A model generated the notes under the pieces. It saw only the letters and a list, made by a program, of their open reading frames with translations. It had not been told where the DNA came from and did no database searches. Below, one piece after another: positions 25,781 through 35,749 of a stretch of DNA of 64,000 nucleotides (positions are counted from its first letter, which is position 1; every line of letters starts with the position of its first letter). The position numbers and the translations under genes are program-made. This DNA comes from Burkholderiales bacterium (GTDB lineage: Bacteria > Pseudomonadota > Gammaproteobacteria > Burkholderiales > SG8-39): the NCBI GenBank assembly GCA_041558415.1, contig JBFFEY010000013.1:183-64182 (forward strand), written 5' to 3'.

Positions 25781-25813
25781 GGCGCCCCGGGGAAGCGGGG
25801 GCGCCGGCCTTTT
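25781..25813 (+). terminator. Rho-independent terminator candidate
   Basis: GGCGCCCC (25781-25788) pairs with GGGGCGCC (25798-25805), followed by GGCCTTTTGCC. It sits 16 nt after the lipoprotein stop. Confidence 0.55.
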
Positions 25814-25829
25814 GCCATAATCGGCCGCG

Positions 25830-26453
25830 GTGAAGCATTCCAACCTCATCGCCTGCCACGAGTGCGACCTGCTGCAGCGTGAGGTGGCTCTGCCGCCCGG
25901 CGGCAAGGCGATCTGCCCGCGCTGCAGCGCCACGCTGTACACGCACTCGACCGATTCGATCGACCGCACGCTGGCGCTGATGCTCGGCGCCGCGCTGCTG
26001 TTCGTCATCGGCAACGCGTTTCCCGTCGTCAGCTTGGAAATCCAGGGCCAGCGCACCGAAGCGCTGGTGTGGCAGGGCGCCTGGCGGCTGCATCGAGAGG
26101 GCGAGACGCTGGTCGGCGTGATAGTGTTCCTCACCGCGTTCGTGTTTCCGCTGCTGCAGATCGCCGGTCTGCTCGCCATCCTCCTGCCGCTGCGCCTCGG
26201 TCTGACGCCGCGCTATCTGGTGCCGATGTTCCGCGTCGTCGAACAAAGCAAGCCCTGGAGCATGGTCGAAGTTTTCATGCTCGGCGTGCTGGTGTCGCTG
26301 GTGAAGCTCGCGCACATGGCGAGCGTCGTTCCCGGCGTCGGCATGTGGGCCTTCTTCGGCCTCATCGTGCTGCTCGCCTGGGCGAGCAGCACCCTAAACC
26401 CGCACGAGGTGTGGGCACGGCTCGAGCTCGCGCTGCCGGAGCCCACGCCATGA
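25830..26453 (+). CDS. pqiA: Paraquat-inducible protein A, first half-size copy
   Basis: 207 aa with a GTG start. CHECDLL...CPRCSATL zinc-ribbon-like pairs are followed by transmembrane helices. Confidence 0.85.
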   Translation: MKHSNLIACHECDLLQREVALPPGGKAICPRCSATLYTHSTDSIDRTLALMLGAALLFVIGNAFPVVSLEIQGQRTEALVWQGAWRLHREGETLVGVIVFLTAFVFPLLQIAGLLAILLPLRLGLTPRYLVPMFRVVEQSKPWSMVEVFMLGVLVSLVKLAHMASVVPGVGMWAFFGLIVLLAWASSTLNPHEVWARLELALPEPTP

Positions 26454-27076
26454 GCGCCCCGACCGCCGCGCGCCTCGGCCTGCTGGCCTGCCACGTCTGC
26501 GAGCTGGTCTCACGCCCGTCCGCGTCCGCCGCGACCTGCGCCTGCCCGCGCTGCGGGGCGCGGCTGCACTCGCGCAAGCCGCATGCCATCGCGCGCAGCT
26601 GTGCGCTGCTGATCGCGGCGGCGATACTCTACCTGCCCGCCAACCTCGAGCCAGTGATGATCACGCGCTCGATCTTCGGTGTGCAACGCGACACCATCCT
26701 GAGCGGCGTGGCGTATCTCTGGAATAGCGGCTCCTGGCCACTCGCCGTGCTGGTGTTCGTCGCCAGCGTATTGGTGCCGCTGCTGAAGCTGCTGGCGCTC
26801 GGCTATCTGGCCGCCTCGACGCAGCGCCGCTCGCGGCTGCGTCACCGGCAGAAGACCCGTCTGTACCGGCTGCTGGAGTACATTGGCCGCTGGTCGATGC
26901 TCGATGTGTTCGTCGTCATGGTGCTGGTGGCGCTGGTCAAGGTGGGCGCGCTGGCGAACATCGAGGCCGGTCCCGGCGCGATGTGGTTCGGCGCCGTGGT
27001 GGTACTCACCATGTTCGCCTCGATGAGCTTCGACCCGCGCCTGATCTGGGATCCCGCCGGAGAAAGCGATGGCTGA
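26450..27076 (+). CDS. pqiA: Paraquat-inducible protein A, second half-size copy
   Basis: ATG at 26450 overlaps the upstream stop (ATGA). CHVCELV...CPRCGARL plus transmembrane helices. Confidence 0.85.
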   Translation: MSAPTAARLGLLACHVCELVSRPSASAATCACPRCGARLHSRKPHAIARSCALLIAAAILYLPANLEPVMITRSIFGVQRDTILSGVAYLWNSGSWPLAVLVFVASVLVPLLKLLALGYLAASTQRRSRLRHRQKTRLYRLLEYIGRWSMLDVFVVMVLVALVKVGALANIEAGPGAMWFGAVVVLTMFASMSFDPRLIWDPAGESDG

Positions 27077-28703
27077 ACCGACCCCCGAGCTGGACAGCGC
27101 CGAACTGCCGCAGGCGCAAATCGCCAGCCCGCGCCGCTCAAGGCTCTCGCTGGTCTGGATCGTGCCGCTGGTCGCGGTGCTGATCGGCGGCTGGCTGGCG
27201 TGGACGGCAGTGAGTGAACAGGGCCCCGCCTTCGTCATCCGCTTCAAGACCGCCGAAGGCCTGGAAGCCGGCAAGACCAAGATCAAGTACAAATCGGTCG
27301 ACGTCGGCATCGTCGAGTCGATCGAGCTGACGCGCGACCGCAGCACGGTGCTGGTGCACGCGCGCATGGAGAAGTATGCCGAGGACTACCTGGCCGAGGA
27401 CAGCCGCTTCTGGGTCGTGCGACCCCGCATCACGGGCACTTCGGTGCAGGGTCTCGGCACCCTGCTCTCCGGCGCCTATATCGGCATGGACGTCGGCAAG
27501 AGTGAAGAAAGCAAGCGCGACTTCACCGGCCTGGAAGAGCAGCCGATCGTCACCGCCGATGTGCCCGGCCGGCACTTCGTTCTCAAAAGCCCGACGCTCG
27601 GGTCGTTCAGCGTCGGCGCGCCGGTCTATTTCCGCAAAATCGTGGTCGGCGAGGTCGAATCCTACGCACTCGATGCCGACGGCAAGGGCGTGTCGATCCG
27701 CATCTTCGTGCGCGCACCGCACGACCAGTACGTCAACCGCGAAACCCGCTTCTGGGAAGCGAGCGGCATCGATCTCAAGCTCGACGCGAGCGGCGTTCGC
27801 CTGGAGACCGAGTCGCTGGCAAGCATCGTCATCGGCGGCATCGCCTTTCAGACGCGCGGCGACGGCGCCACCTCGGCGCCGGCGGCCGAAAATGCCGAAT
27901 TCCGCCTGTTCCGCAACCGCGACACGGCGCTCGCCTACCGCGACCTCGTCGTCATGCCGTTCACTTTCCGTTTCAAGGAGTCGCTGCGCGGGCTGACCGT
28001 GGGCGCGCCGGTCGACTTCCGCGGCATCATCGTCGGCGAAGTCACCGACATCCGGCCGCAGTACGAAGACGGCGAGGTCTACATGGTGGCCTTCGCAAAC
28101 GTCTACCCGGAGCGCACCGCGAGCCGCCAGATCGGCGAGTCGGTACGCGCGAGACAAGGACTCTCGCGCGAACAGGGCTTCGACGTGCTGGTCGAGTCCG
28201 GCATGCGCGCGCAGCTGCGCACCGGCAACCTCATCACGGGGCAGCTCTACGTCGCGCTCGATTTCTTCAAGGACGCGAAGGCCGATCCGGTGCTCTGGAG
28301 CGAGAGTCCGCCGCGTTTTCCCACGGTGACCGGCACCTTCACCGGCATCGAGGAGAACATCGCGCAGATCACCAAGAAGCTCGCCGCGGTGCCGTTCGAC
28401 GACATCGGCCAGGATCTGCGCCGCGCGCTCGAAACGCTTAACCGCACGCTGACGAGCGTCGACCGGCTGGCGCAGCAGGTCGGCAGCGAGCTGGCGCCGG
28501 AGCTGCGCGAGTCGCTGGTGGCGCTGCGCCGCTCGCTCGCCGAAGTCGACCGGGTACTCGCCGAAGACGCGCCGTTGCAGCAGGATGCGCGCGCCGCGCT
28601 GCGCGAGGTGGCGCGCAGCGCCGCCGCGCTGCGCGTGCTGGTGGAGTACCTTGAGCAGCATCCCGAGGCGCTGCTGCGCGGCAAACCGGAGGAAACACCA
28701 TGA
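27069..28703 (+). CDS. pqiB: PqiB, multi-MCE-domain intermembrane transport protein
   Basis: 544 aa. An N-terminal transmembrane anchor (LSLVWIVPLVAVLIGGWLAW) is followed by repeated MCE-type segments and a C-terminal coiled region. It overlaps the end of pqiA by 8 nt. Confidence 0.85.
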   Translation: MAEPTPELDSAELPQAQIASPRRSRLSLVWIVPLVAVLIGGWLAWTAVSEQGPAFVIRFKTAEGLEAGKTKIKYKSVDVGIVESIELTRDRSTVLVHARMEKYAEDYLAEDSRFWVVRPRITGTSVQGLGTLLSGAYIGMDVGKSEESKRDFTGLEEQPIVTADVPGRHFVLKSPTLGSFSVGAPVYFRKIVVGEVESYALDADGKGVSIRIFVRAPHDQYVNRETRFWEASGIDLKLDASGVRLETESLASIVIGGIAFQTRGDGATSAPAAENAEFRLFRNRDTALAYRDLVVMPFTFRFKESLRGLTVGAPVDFRGIIVGEVTDIRPQYEDGEVYMVAFANVYPERTASRQIGESVRARQGLSREQGFDVLVESGMRAQLRTGNLITGQLYVALDFFKDAKADPVLWSESPPRFPTVTGTFTGIEENIAQITKKLAAVPFDDIGQDLRRALETLNRTLTSVDRLAQQVGSELAPELRESLVALRRSLAEVDRVLAEDAPLQQDARAALREVARSAAALRVLVEYLEQHPEALLRGKPEETP

Positions 28704-29275
28704 AGTGGACCGCAGTCGCTGCCGCCGCAATGCTGCTGGCCGGATGCGCCAGTGCCCCGACGCCGCGCTTTTACACCCTGAGCGCGCAGATCGAATCCGC
28801 GCCCTACGCCGCGGGGCCGTCGGTTTCCGTCGCCGCGGTCACGGTGCCGGATGTGGTCGACCGGCCGCAGCTCGTCGTCGCCGTGAACGCGAACGAAGTG
28901 CTCATCGTCGAGCAGCACCGCTGGGCCGAGCCTCTCAAGAGCGAGCTGGGACGCGTGATCGCCGAGAACCTGTCGCGCATCACCGGCAACCCGCGCATCG
29001 CCGCCTACCCGCAGAACGCGAGCCTGAACGCCGAGTACCGCGTGCTGGTCGACTTCCAGCGCCTTGCCGGACGCCCGGATGGTGAGGTCGTGCTCGACGC
29101 GTTATGGAGCCTGCGCAAACCGAACGGCGAGGTCTTGCGCAGCGGCCGCGCGCGCGCGCAGGCGCGCGGCGAACCGGGATACGACGCGCTCGTCGCCGCC
29201 TACAGCCGCGCGCTGGCGAAGATCTCGGCTGAGATCGCGATGGCGCTAAAAGGCTTGCCGGCCGAGACGCGCTGA
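28700..29275 (+). CDS. pqiC: PqiC-like ABC-transport auxiliary lipoprotein (DUF330)
   Basis: 191 aa with lipobox LLAGC followed by APTPRFYTLS. ATGA overlap with pqiB. Confidence 0.8.
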   Translation: MKWTAVAAAAMLLAGCASAPTPRFYTLSAQIESAPYAAGPSVSVAAVTVPDVVDRPQLVVAVNANEVLIVEQHRWAEPLKSELGRVIAENLSRITGNPRIAAYPQNASLNAEYRVLVDFQRLAGRPDGEVVLDALWSLRKPNGEVLRSGRARAQARGEPGYDALVAAYSRALAKISAEIAMALKGLPAETR

Positions 29276-29300
29276 GGCGTCTGCGCCTTCCGCTCAGCGC
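29269..29300. terminator. Imperfect hairpin between convergent genes (possible bidirectional terminator)
   Basis: GCGCTGAG (29269-29276) pairs with CTCAGCGC (29293-29300). An inner GGCG/CGCC stem is also possible. The arms contain both stop codons (TGA 29273-29275, tca 29294-29296). There is no clear U-run. Confidence 0.35.
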
Positions 29301-30283
29301 GCAGCCATCTCGATGAGGATCTTGCCCGCGCGCGCCTCGCGCGCCGCATGCGCGACGGCATCCTTGAGCTGCGCAAGCGGATAGACCTTCTCGATGTCGA
29401 CCTTGAGCGAGCAGTCCTCGACCAGCGCGGCGAGCTGCGTGTAGAGCTTGTGGATGTCGGCCGAGGGCGTCTCGGTGAACCAGCGTCGCAGCCAGAAGCC
29501 GCGCAGGCTGACGCCGCGGAAGAAGGCGTCGCGCGGATCGATCATGCAGGGCTCGCCGGAGAGCGCCCCGTAGTTCACCACCACGCCGTTTTCGTCGACA
29601 CAGCGCGCCAGGCGCTGCGTCGCCGTGCCGCAGATCGCATCGAGCGCCAGCGGCAGCGGCGCCCCGTCGGTGGCCGCGCGCGCCCGCGCATCGAGATCCG
29701 GGCCGTCGACCAGCACCACGTCGGCGCCCCAGGCCTTGAGCGGCGCGACGAGCGACTCGCGCCGCACGACGTTGATCGTCTTCACGCCGATCTTCTTTGC
29801 CAGGCGGATCAGACAGTGGCCGACGCCGGAGTTGGCGGCGTTCTGGATCACCCAGCTGCCCGCCTTCGGCGGCACGAAGTCGTGCAGCAACAGGTACGCG
29901 GTCGCCGGATTGACGCGCAGCATGGCGAGCTGATACGGGTCGGCGTCGGACTGCAGCGCCCACACCGCCGCAGCCGGCGCAAGCATGCGCTCGCGCCAGG
30001 TGCCGGGCCCGGGCGCCAAAACCAGATCGCCGGGTTTGACGTGCTTGACCCCGGCGCCGACCTGCGCGATGCGACCAAGTCCCTCGGCGCCCGGCGTGAG
30101 CGGCAACGTGGGCTGGCTCGCGCCGTAGCGCCCCTCGAGCACCAGCAGGTCGGCCGGATTGATCGGGCAGGCGATGACGTCGATCGCCACCTGGTCCCGT
30201 CCCGGGGCTCCGGGCTCGGGCACTTCCGCGAGTTCGATGACTTCGGCCGGCTTGCCGAAACGCGACAGACGTGCAGCTATCAT
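29294..30283 (-). CDS. MDR-family 2-enoyl thioester reductase-like NAD(P)H oxidoreductase
   Basis: Trimmed to MIAARLSRFGKPAEV. ACPINPADLLVLEGRYG and NAANSGVGHCLIRLAK resemble the ETR1/MECR-type subfamily. Confidence 0.7.
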   Translation of the reverse strand: MIAARLSRFGKPAEVIELAEVPEPGAPGRDQVAIDVIACPINPADLLVLEGRYGASQPTLPLTPGAEGLGRIAQVGAGVKHVKPGDLVLAPGPGTWRERMLAPAAAVWALQSDADPYQLAMLRVNPATAYLLLHDFVPPKAGSWVIQNAANSGVGHCLIRLAKKIGVKTINVVRRESLVAPLKAWGADVVLVDGPDLDARARAATDGAPLPLALDAICGTATQRLARCVDENGVVVNYGALSGEPCMIDPRDAFFRGVSLRGFWLRRWFTETPSADIHKLYTQLAALVEDCSLKVDIEKVYPLAQLKDAVAHAAREARAGKILIEMAAR

Positions 30284-30478
30284 GAGGCGCTCTTCTCCTT
30301 TGCGGGCAGCAACAAAAATCGGCGACTGAATGCCGCGCAGACGCGAAGTGTACGAACCTTTTGCGCACACCGCATGCGATTGTCACTGCCGCCGCGAAAC
30401 CGCTACAGTTTTGAGGCGCGGCGCGCGCCGACTGGCGGCGGCCGAGCCGTTGAATCTACTTGCCCGATGGAGGCCGTG

Positions 30479-31552
30479 ATGGCCGATTTGATAAAGCGCT
30501 ACCATCCGCCCGGCACGCCGCCGGGCACCTTGACGCGGCGCGAGCGCCGCAAGCCCACAGCGACGCGCATCGCGCTGGTCAGTTACGACGAGAGCCGTCT
30601 CGAAGAGTTCGACGACGCCACGCCCGCGCAATGCGCACGCTATCGCGGCCTGCCGTCGACGACCTGGATTCACGTCTCCGGCCATCCCGAAGTCGAGCAG
30701 TTGCGCGAGCTGGGGCAGCTGCTCGGCCTGCATCCGCTCGCACTCGAGGACGTGTTCAATACGGGACAGCGGCCGAAAACCGAGTGGTTCGACGACCAGT
30801 TGTTCGTGATCGTGAGCCTGCCCGTGGCGAAGGAGCGTTCCGTCCGGACTGAACAATTCAGCGTCTTTCTCGCCGACAACCTGGTGGTGAGTTTTCACGA
30901 GAGCGCGGTCGAGGTGATCGAGCCGGTCCGCCAGCGACTGCGCGAGCACGGCAGCTGGCTGCGCGGCCGCAAGGCGGACGCACTGCTCTACGCGCTGCTC
31001 GACCTGGTCATCGACCACGGCTTTCCCGTGCTCGAGCAGCTTGGCGAACAAATCGAGATCCTGGAAGCCGAAATCCTGCGCAGCAGCGGACCTCACAGCC
31101 TGAACACGCTGCATCGATTGAAACGCAACCTGCTCACGCTGCGGCGCATGCTGTGGCCGCAGCGCGAGGTGCTCAACCGGCTGATGGCCGAAGGCCGCAC
31201 GCTGGTGAGCGCGCCGACCAAGATTTACCTGCGCGACTGCTACGACCACACCATTCAGATCATGGATCTGATCGAAACCTACCGCGACATGGCCGCGAGC
31301 CTGCTCGACGTTTACCTGTCGAGCGTCAGCAACCGGCTGAACGAAACCATGCGGGTACTCACCGTGATCGCGACCATTTTCATCCCGCCGACCTTTTTCG
31401 CCAGTGTCTACGGCATGAACTTCGACCGCGGCGCAAGCGCCTGGAACATGCCGGAGCTGGGCTGGGCCTACGGCTACCCCGCGCTGTGGGCCGTGATGCT
31501 CGCCACCATGGTCGGCCTGCTGGTCTATTTCAAGCGCAAGCGATGGTTCTGA
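30479..31552 (+). CDS. corA: CorA magnesium/cobalt transporter
   Basis: YGMNF signature and two C-terminal transmembrane helices. ATG 30479 lies 5 nt after GGAGG, and ATG 30467 is an alternative start. Confidence 0.9.
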   Translation: MADLIKRYHPPGTPPGTLTRRERRKPTATRIALVSYDESRLEEFDDATPAQCARYRGLPSTTWIHVSGHPEVEQLRELGQLLGLHPLALEDVFNTGQRPKTEWFDDQLFVIVSLPVAKERSVRTEQFSVFLADNLVVSFHESAVEVIEPVRQRLREHGSWLRGRKADALLYALLDLVIDHGFPVLEQLGEQIEILEAEILRSSGPHSLNTLHRLKRNLLTLRRMLWPQREVLNRLMAEGRTLVSAPTKIYLRDCYDHTIQIMDLIETYRDMAASLLDVYLSSVSNRLNETMRVLTVIATIFIPPTFFASVYGMNFDRGASAWNMPELGWAYGYPALWAVMLATMVGLLVYFKRKRWF

Positions 31553-31787
31553 TGGCCACCGCACCGCCGGCGGCGGCGCGGTCGCCGAGCCCATGCCGGA
31601 CGCGCTGCTCGGCGACATCCGACGCATCGAGCTCGAGTGCTCGGCGCCATCGTCCTCGTGGGTTTCGGCATCTGGTTCGACCGGAGTTTGCGCAATCGGC
31701 GCAGGCACGGCGGCGATTAGCCGCCCGGCGATGCGGCCGGTCCTGCATGTTAGGCTGAGGCCCTCGTCGCCACACGGGAATCGATCG

Positions 31788-32279
31788 ATGCGCTACACCT
31801 TGCCCGAATTTCTCGCCCATGCCGTGGCCATGGAGGCGGAAGCCGCCGAGCGCTATCTCGAGCTCGCCGACATGATGGAAGCGCACCGCAATGACGAGGT
31901 CTCGGCGCTGTTTCGCGACATGCACCGCTTCTCGCTGATGCATCGCGACGCGATCCGCGAGCGGGTCGGCGCGATCGAGCTGCCGCGCCTCAAGTCCTCG
32001 GAATACCGCTGGCGCACGCCGCCGGAAATGGGCGACGAGGACGCTTTCGACTACATGCTCGATGCCTACCACGCGCTCGGCTACGCGCGCGACAACGAGA
32101 CCCGCGCGATGCAGTACTACCGGGCGGTCGCCGAGGACGCATCCGACGCGGAAGTGCAGCGCCTGGCGGCCGAGTTCGCCGCCGAGGAGGAGGAGCACGT
32201 CGCCGCGCTCGACAAGTGGATCGAGCGCACGCAGCGCCCCTCCGAGACCTGGGCGAGCGACCCGGCGCAGCGCGCCTGA
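31788..32279 (+). CDS. Ferritin-like / rubrerythrin-type diiron helical protein
   Basis: Trimmed to MRYTLPEFLAHAVAMEAEAAERY. It is a helical protein with the ExxH motif EEEEHVAAL. Confidence 0.55.
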   Translation: MRYTLPEFLAHAVAMEAEAAERYLELADMMEAHRNDEVSALFRDMHRFSLMHRDAIRERVGAIELPRLKSSEYRWRTPPEMGDEDAFDYMLDAYHALGYARDNETRAMQYYRAVAEDASDAEVQRLAAEFAAEEEEHVAALDKWIERTQRPSETWASDPAQRA

Positions 32280-32298
32280 CGCACCGCGAACGCGCGTC

Positions 32299-33177
32299 GT
32301 GAAGATCCGTTCCCTGCGCCGCGGCATCGCGTCGGTCGCCACCTCGGACGGCGCCGGGGTCAAGCTGCGTCGCAGTATCGGTGCCAGTCCGTTCCTGCGG
32401 CACGACCCCTTCCTCATGCTCGACGAGTTCACCTCGGACGATCCGAACGACTACATCGCGGGCTTCCCGCCGCATCCGCACCGCGGTTTCGAGACCGTCA
32501 CCTACATGCTCGACGGCCGCATGCAGCACAAGGACAGCGGCGGCAACACCGGCGACCTCGGCCCGGGCGACGTGCAGTGGATGACCGCGGCGCGCGGCAT
32601 CGTGCACTCCGAGATGCCGCAGCAGACGCAGGGGCGCCTGCGCGGCTTTCAGCTCTGGCTCAACCTGCCGGCGCGCGAGAAGATGAAGCCGGCCGCCTAT
32701 TGCGACATTCCGTCGGCGCGCATTCCGGTGACGCAGTTCGCGCCGGGCGTCGAGGTCAAGGTGATCGCCGGCGCGCTCGGTGCGGCGCAGGGCCCGATCC
32801 GCGGTTCGTCGACCGAGCCGCGCTTTTTCGACATCCGCCTGGCGCCGCGCGCCGTGTTTGAAGCTGCATTGCCCGCGAGCCACAACGTGTTTCTCTATGC
32901 CTACGAAGGCGAGGCGCTGGTCGGCGAGGCGCGTGCCGCGCTCGGCCATCGCGCCGCAGGCCTGCTGTCCGACGGCGACGCCGTGCGCGTCGAGGCCGCC
33001 GCGGCCGGCGCCCGCGTGCTGCTGCTCGCCGGCCTTCCGCTCGGCGAACCGGTGGTGCAGTACGGGCCCTTCGTCATGAACAGCCGCGAGGAAATCGAGC
33101 AGGCGCTCGCCGATTACCAGTCCGGCGCCTTCGCTCGCGATCCGGTGGCGCGCATTGCGCTCCCGGCTGAACCCTGA
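32299..33177 (+). CDS. Pirin-family protein
   Basis: In-frame GTG at 32299. Cupin metal motif FPPHPHRGFETVTYML. Confidence 0.85.
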   Translation: MKIRSLRRGIASVATSDGAGVKLRRSIGASPFLRHDPFLMLDEFTSDDPNDYIAGFPPHPHRGFETVTYMLDGRMQHKDSGGNTGDLGPGDVQWMTAARGIVHSEMPQQTQGRLRGFQLWLNLPAREKMKPAAYCDIPSARIPVTQFAPGVEVKVIAGALGAAQGPIRGSSTEPRFFDIRLAPRAVFEAALPASHNVFLYAYEGEALVGEARAALGHRAAGLLSDGDAVRVEAAAAGARVLLLAGLPLGEPVVQYGPFVMNSREEIEQALADYQSGAFARDPVARIALPAEP

Positions 33178-33436
33178 GCCGGCGCGCGGTGTGCCTGCAG
33201 CGTAATTTGCGCAGCGCGGCAAGGGCTGCGCGCGGCGCGCGGAAAGCGGCGTGGCAGGCCGCGGTTCTGACAATCTTTAATCGTTGACCTCGGCGTCCGT
33301 CGCAGGTAGCGTGCGGCATGCGGTTTGCACCGTGGTGCCTTGATAAGGCAGCCTTTTCAGGGCGTTGCCTGAGCGATTTGGCGCCCCGAAAGCTGGATGC
33401 GACCGCGTCAAAAGCGATGGCCTGGGAGAAGAAGAA

Positions 33437-33664
33437 ATGAGCCTCCTCGAGTGGGTGCTCGACACCGCCGGGGTCTACGTCACCACGGTGGGTGCGCTGC
33501 TGCTGTTCCTCTATCTGTACCGCTCGCCGCAGCTCGCCGATCACTGGGCCTCGCCCGAGGGCAAGGCGGAATACGTGCGTCACCGCCGGCGGCTGGTCCT
33601 CGGCACCGGATTGCTGGCGGCCTGGCTGGTGCTGGAGAACGCGGCCACCATCTGGCTCGGCTGA
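33437..33664 (+). CDS. Small two-transmembrane-helix membrane protein, hypothetical
   Basis: 75 aa from ATG 33437 (MSLLEWVLDTAGVYVTTVGALLLFLYLY ... LLAAWLVLENAATIWLG). No family was recognised. Confidence 0.35.
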   Translation: MSLLEWVLDTAGVYVTTVGALLLFLYLYRSPQLADHWASPEGKAEYVRHRRRLVLGTGLLAAWLVLENAATIWLG

Positions 33665-33778
33665 ACCGCGGCCTGCGCGCGCCTTCGTTCGCGGCGCGCC
33701 GGGGCGGCCGCGGCGCTCTCGCCTAGAATCCGCGCGTCCGGTCCTGCCCGAACGCCTTTCTTCCGAAGCCGAGCGGAC

Positions 33779-35053
33779 ATGCGCCAGCGCCTGGTCGAGA
33801 GCCTCGCCGCACGACTGCCGTTTTTCTACGGCTGGGTGATCATCGGCTGCGTCTGCGCGGCCGGCTTCTCGCGCCAGGGCCCGGCGGTCGCGACGCTGTC
33901 AATCTTCATCGAGCCGATGACCGCGGAATTCGGCTGGTCGCGCACCGAGATCTCGGGCGCGGTGTCGATCGGCGGCATCCTCGGCGCGCTCGTCTCGCCG
34001 CTGCTCGGGCCCTTCCTCGACCGCAACGGGGCGCGCGCCGTGCTGTGCTTCGCGGTGCTGTTCACGGCGATCCCGCTGCTGCTGCTGTCGTTCACCGAGT
34101 CGCTGCTCGTTTTTTACCTGCTCTACTGCGTCGCGCGCATGAACTTCGCCGGCCCCTACGACCTCGGCATCTACGGCTCGATCGTCAACTGGTTCGTGCG
34201 CCGCCGGACCTTCGTCACCTCGATCTCGACCGTCGCGCTCATGTCGGGCCTGGTGGCGATGCCGATGATCGCCCATCTGGTGATGCAGGCGACTGACTGG
34301 CGCAGCGCCTGGCTGGCGGTGGGCGCCACGGTGCTGGTCATCGGCTTCCTGCCGACCTGGCTGCTGCACGTGCGTCGGCCCGAGGACATCGGCCAGCGGC
34401 CCGACGGCGATCGCCCGCAGCCGCGTGCGACCGCAACGTCGGCCGGCATGCCGAGCGCGACGGCCGAGCCTGCCTTCAGCCGCCGCCAAGCGGTCGCCAC
34501 GCCGGCGTTCTGGCTGCTGTCGCTGTTCACACTGCTCGTCTACCCGGTGCAATCCGGCATCAGCCTGCACCAGGCGCCGTTCCTCATCGAGCGCGGCCTC
34601 GACCCGACCGTGGCCGCGGCCGCGGTGAGCACCTTCGCGCTGCTCTCCGGCATCGCCGGCTTCGCCTTCGGCTTCTGGCCGCGCCGCCTCGGGCTGCGCG
34701 CCGCGCTGGCACTCGTGGGGCTCGCCTTCGGCGCCAGTTGCGCGCTGATGCTCACGGTGAAGGACGCGCCCACCGCCTACGCCGCGGCCGGCTTGTTCGG
34801 TGTCGGCGTCGGCGGCCTGATCACCACGCTGCCGATCGCCTGGGCAGACTATTTCGGCCGGCGCAGCTTCGGCGCAATCCGCGGCGTCGCGCTCACGGTG
34901 CAGGTCGGCGCGCAGGCCGCGGGGCCGGTGCTCTCCGGCGTGCTGCGCGATGCCACCGGCAGCTACGATACCTCGCTCGTCACCTTCGCCGCGCTCGGCT
35001 TTGCCGGGCTCGCTGCGGCGCTGCTCGCCTCACCGCCCTCGCTCAGGACTTGA
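33779..35053 (+). CDS. MFS transporter
   Basis: 424 aa with about 12 hydrophobic segments and a central cytoplasmic loop. Confidence 0.8.
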   Translation: MRQRLVESLAARLPFFYGWVIIGCVCAAGFSRQGPAVATLSIFIEPMTAEFGWSRTEISGAVSIGGILGALVSPLLGPFLDRNGARAVLCFAVLFTAIPLLLLSFTESLLVFYLLYCVARMNFAGPYDLGIYGSIVNWFVRRRTFVTSISTVALMSGLVAMPMIAHLVMQATDWRSAWLAVGATVLVIGFLPTWLLHVRRPEDIGQRPDGDRPQPRATATSAGMPSATAEPAFSRRQAVATPAFWLLSLFTLLVYPVQSGISLHQAPFLIERGLDPTVAAAAVSTFALLSGIAGFAFGFWPRRLGLRAALALVGLAFGASCALMLTVKDAPTAYAAAGLFGVGVGGLITTLPIAWADYFGRRSFGAIRGVALTVQVGAQAAGPVLSGVLRDATGSYDTSLVTFAALGFAGLAAALLASPPSLRT

Positions 35054-35687
35054 CGACGCCGCGCCCTGAATGGCGCAGCACGTTGAACTGGCCGTAGCTG
35101 TCGGCGAGCTCGAGGCGAATCGCGCACTCGGGGCCGGTTGAGCTCGTGGCGCTGCCGATCTCCGCGGTCTCGAACTCGATGCCGTTCGGAATGTGGATCT
35201 GCACGCGATGCTCGCTGTCGCTGTGCGGCGGCTTGATCGGCCGCCCCGTGGACTCGAGCACGCCCGGGATCACGGCCCGCGCGACGCGCGCTTCGAGGTC
35301 GACCTCGTAGTCGATCGGTTTGTAAAGCGTCGCGTGCACGGTGTCGGACATGGCGCGGAACACCCACCAGTGCGTCGCCGCCTCCTCGGTGTCTTCGCCG
35401 TGCAGCATGCGCTCCAGTGCCGCGCGCTGCCGCCCGTCGGCACGTTCGTCGATCACCGCCTGCAGCTCGCCCTTGCCTTCGAAGATCGGCCCCGGCCAGG
35501 CGTACAGCACCGCCACCTTGAGTCCGTTCAGCTCGAGCCCGCCGTAGTGGCCCTTGTCGATGCGCAGCACCTCGAAGCCGCGGCAGCTGCCGTGCGTCGG
35601 CAACGCCTCGAACTGACAGGGGCAGCCGTAGGCGCAATTGCAGTTGCCGAACGAAACGCCCTCCACGTACCAATCGTTGGTCGCCAT
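35043..35687 (-). CDS. DUF1326-family protein
   Basis: 214 aa. The N-terminal Cys-rich motif GVSFGNCNCAYGCPCQF matches my recollection of DUF1326. Confidence 0.6.
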   Translation of the reverse strand: MATNDWYVEGVSFGNCNCAYGCPCQFEALPTHGSCRGFEVLRIDKGHYGGLELNGLKVAVLYAWPGPIFEGKGELQAVIDERADGRQRAALERMLHGEDTEEAATHWWVFRAMSDTVHATLYKPIDYEVDLEARVARAVIPGVLESTGRPIKPPHSDSEHRVQIHIPNGIEFETAEIGSATSSTGPECAIRLELADSYGQFNVLRHSGRGVVKS

Positions 35688-35749
35688 GCGCAGCTCCTTC
35701 GCCGGTCGGCGGCAAAGCCCAGAACTGTAGCGAAGCGGGCGCGATCCCG

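Noticed and set aside
26440-26460. Considered split pqiA as a frameshifted pseudogene.
   Set aside because: Each half has its own start, its own double CxxC motif and its own transmembrane helices. The halves are joined by a clean ATGA overlap. Half-size pqiA pairs are, to my knowledge, common outside the Enterobacteriaceae.
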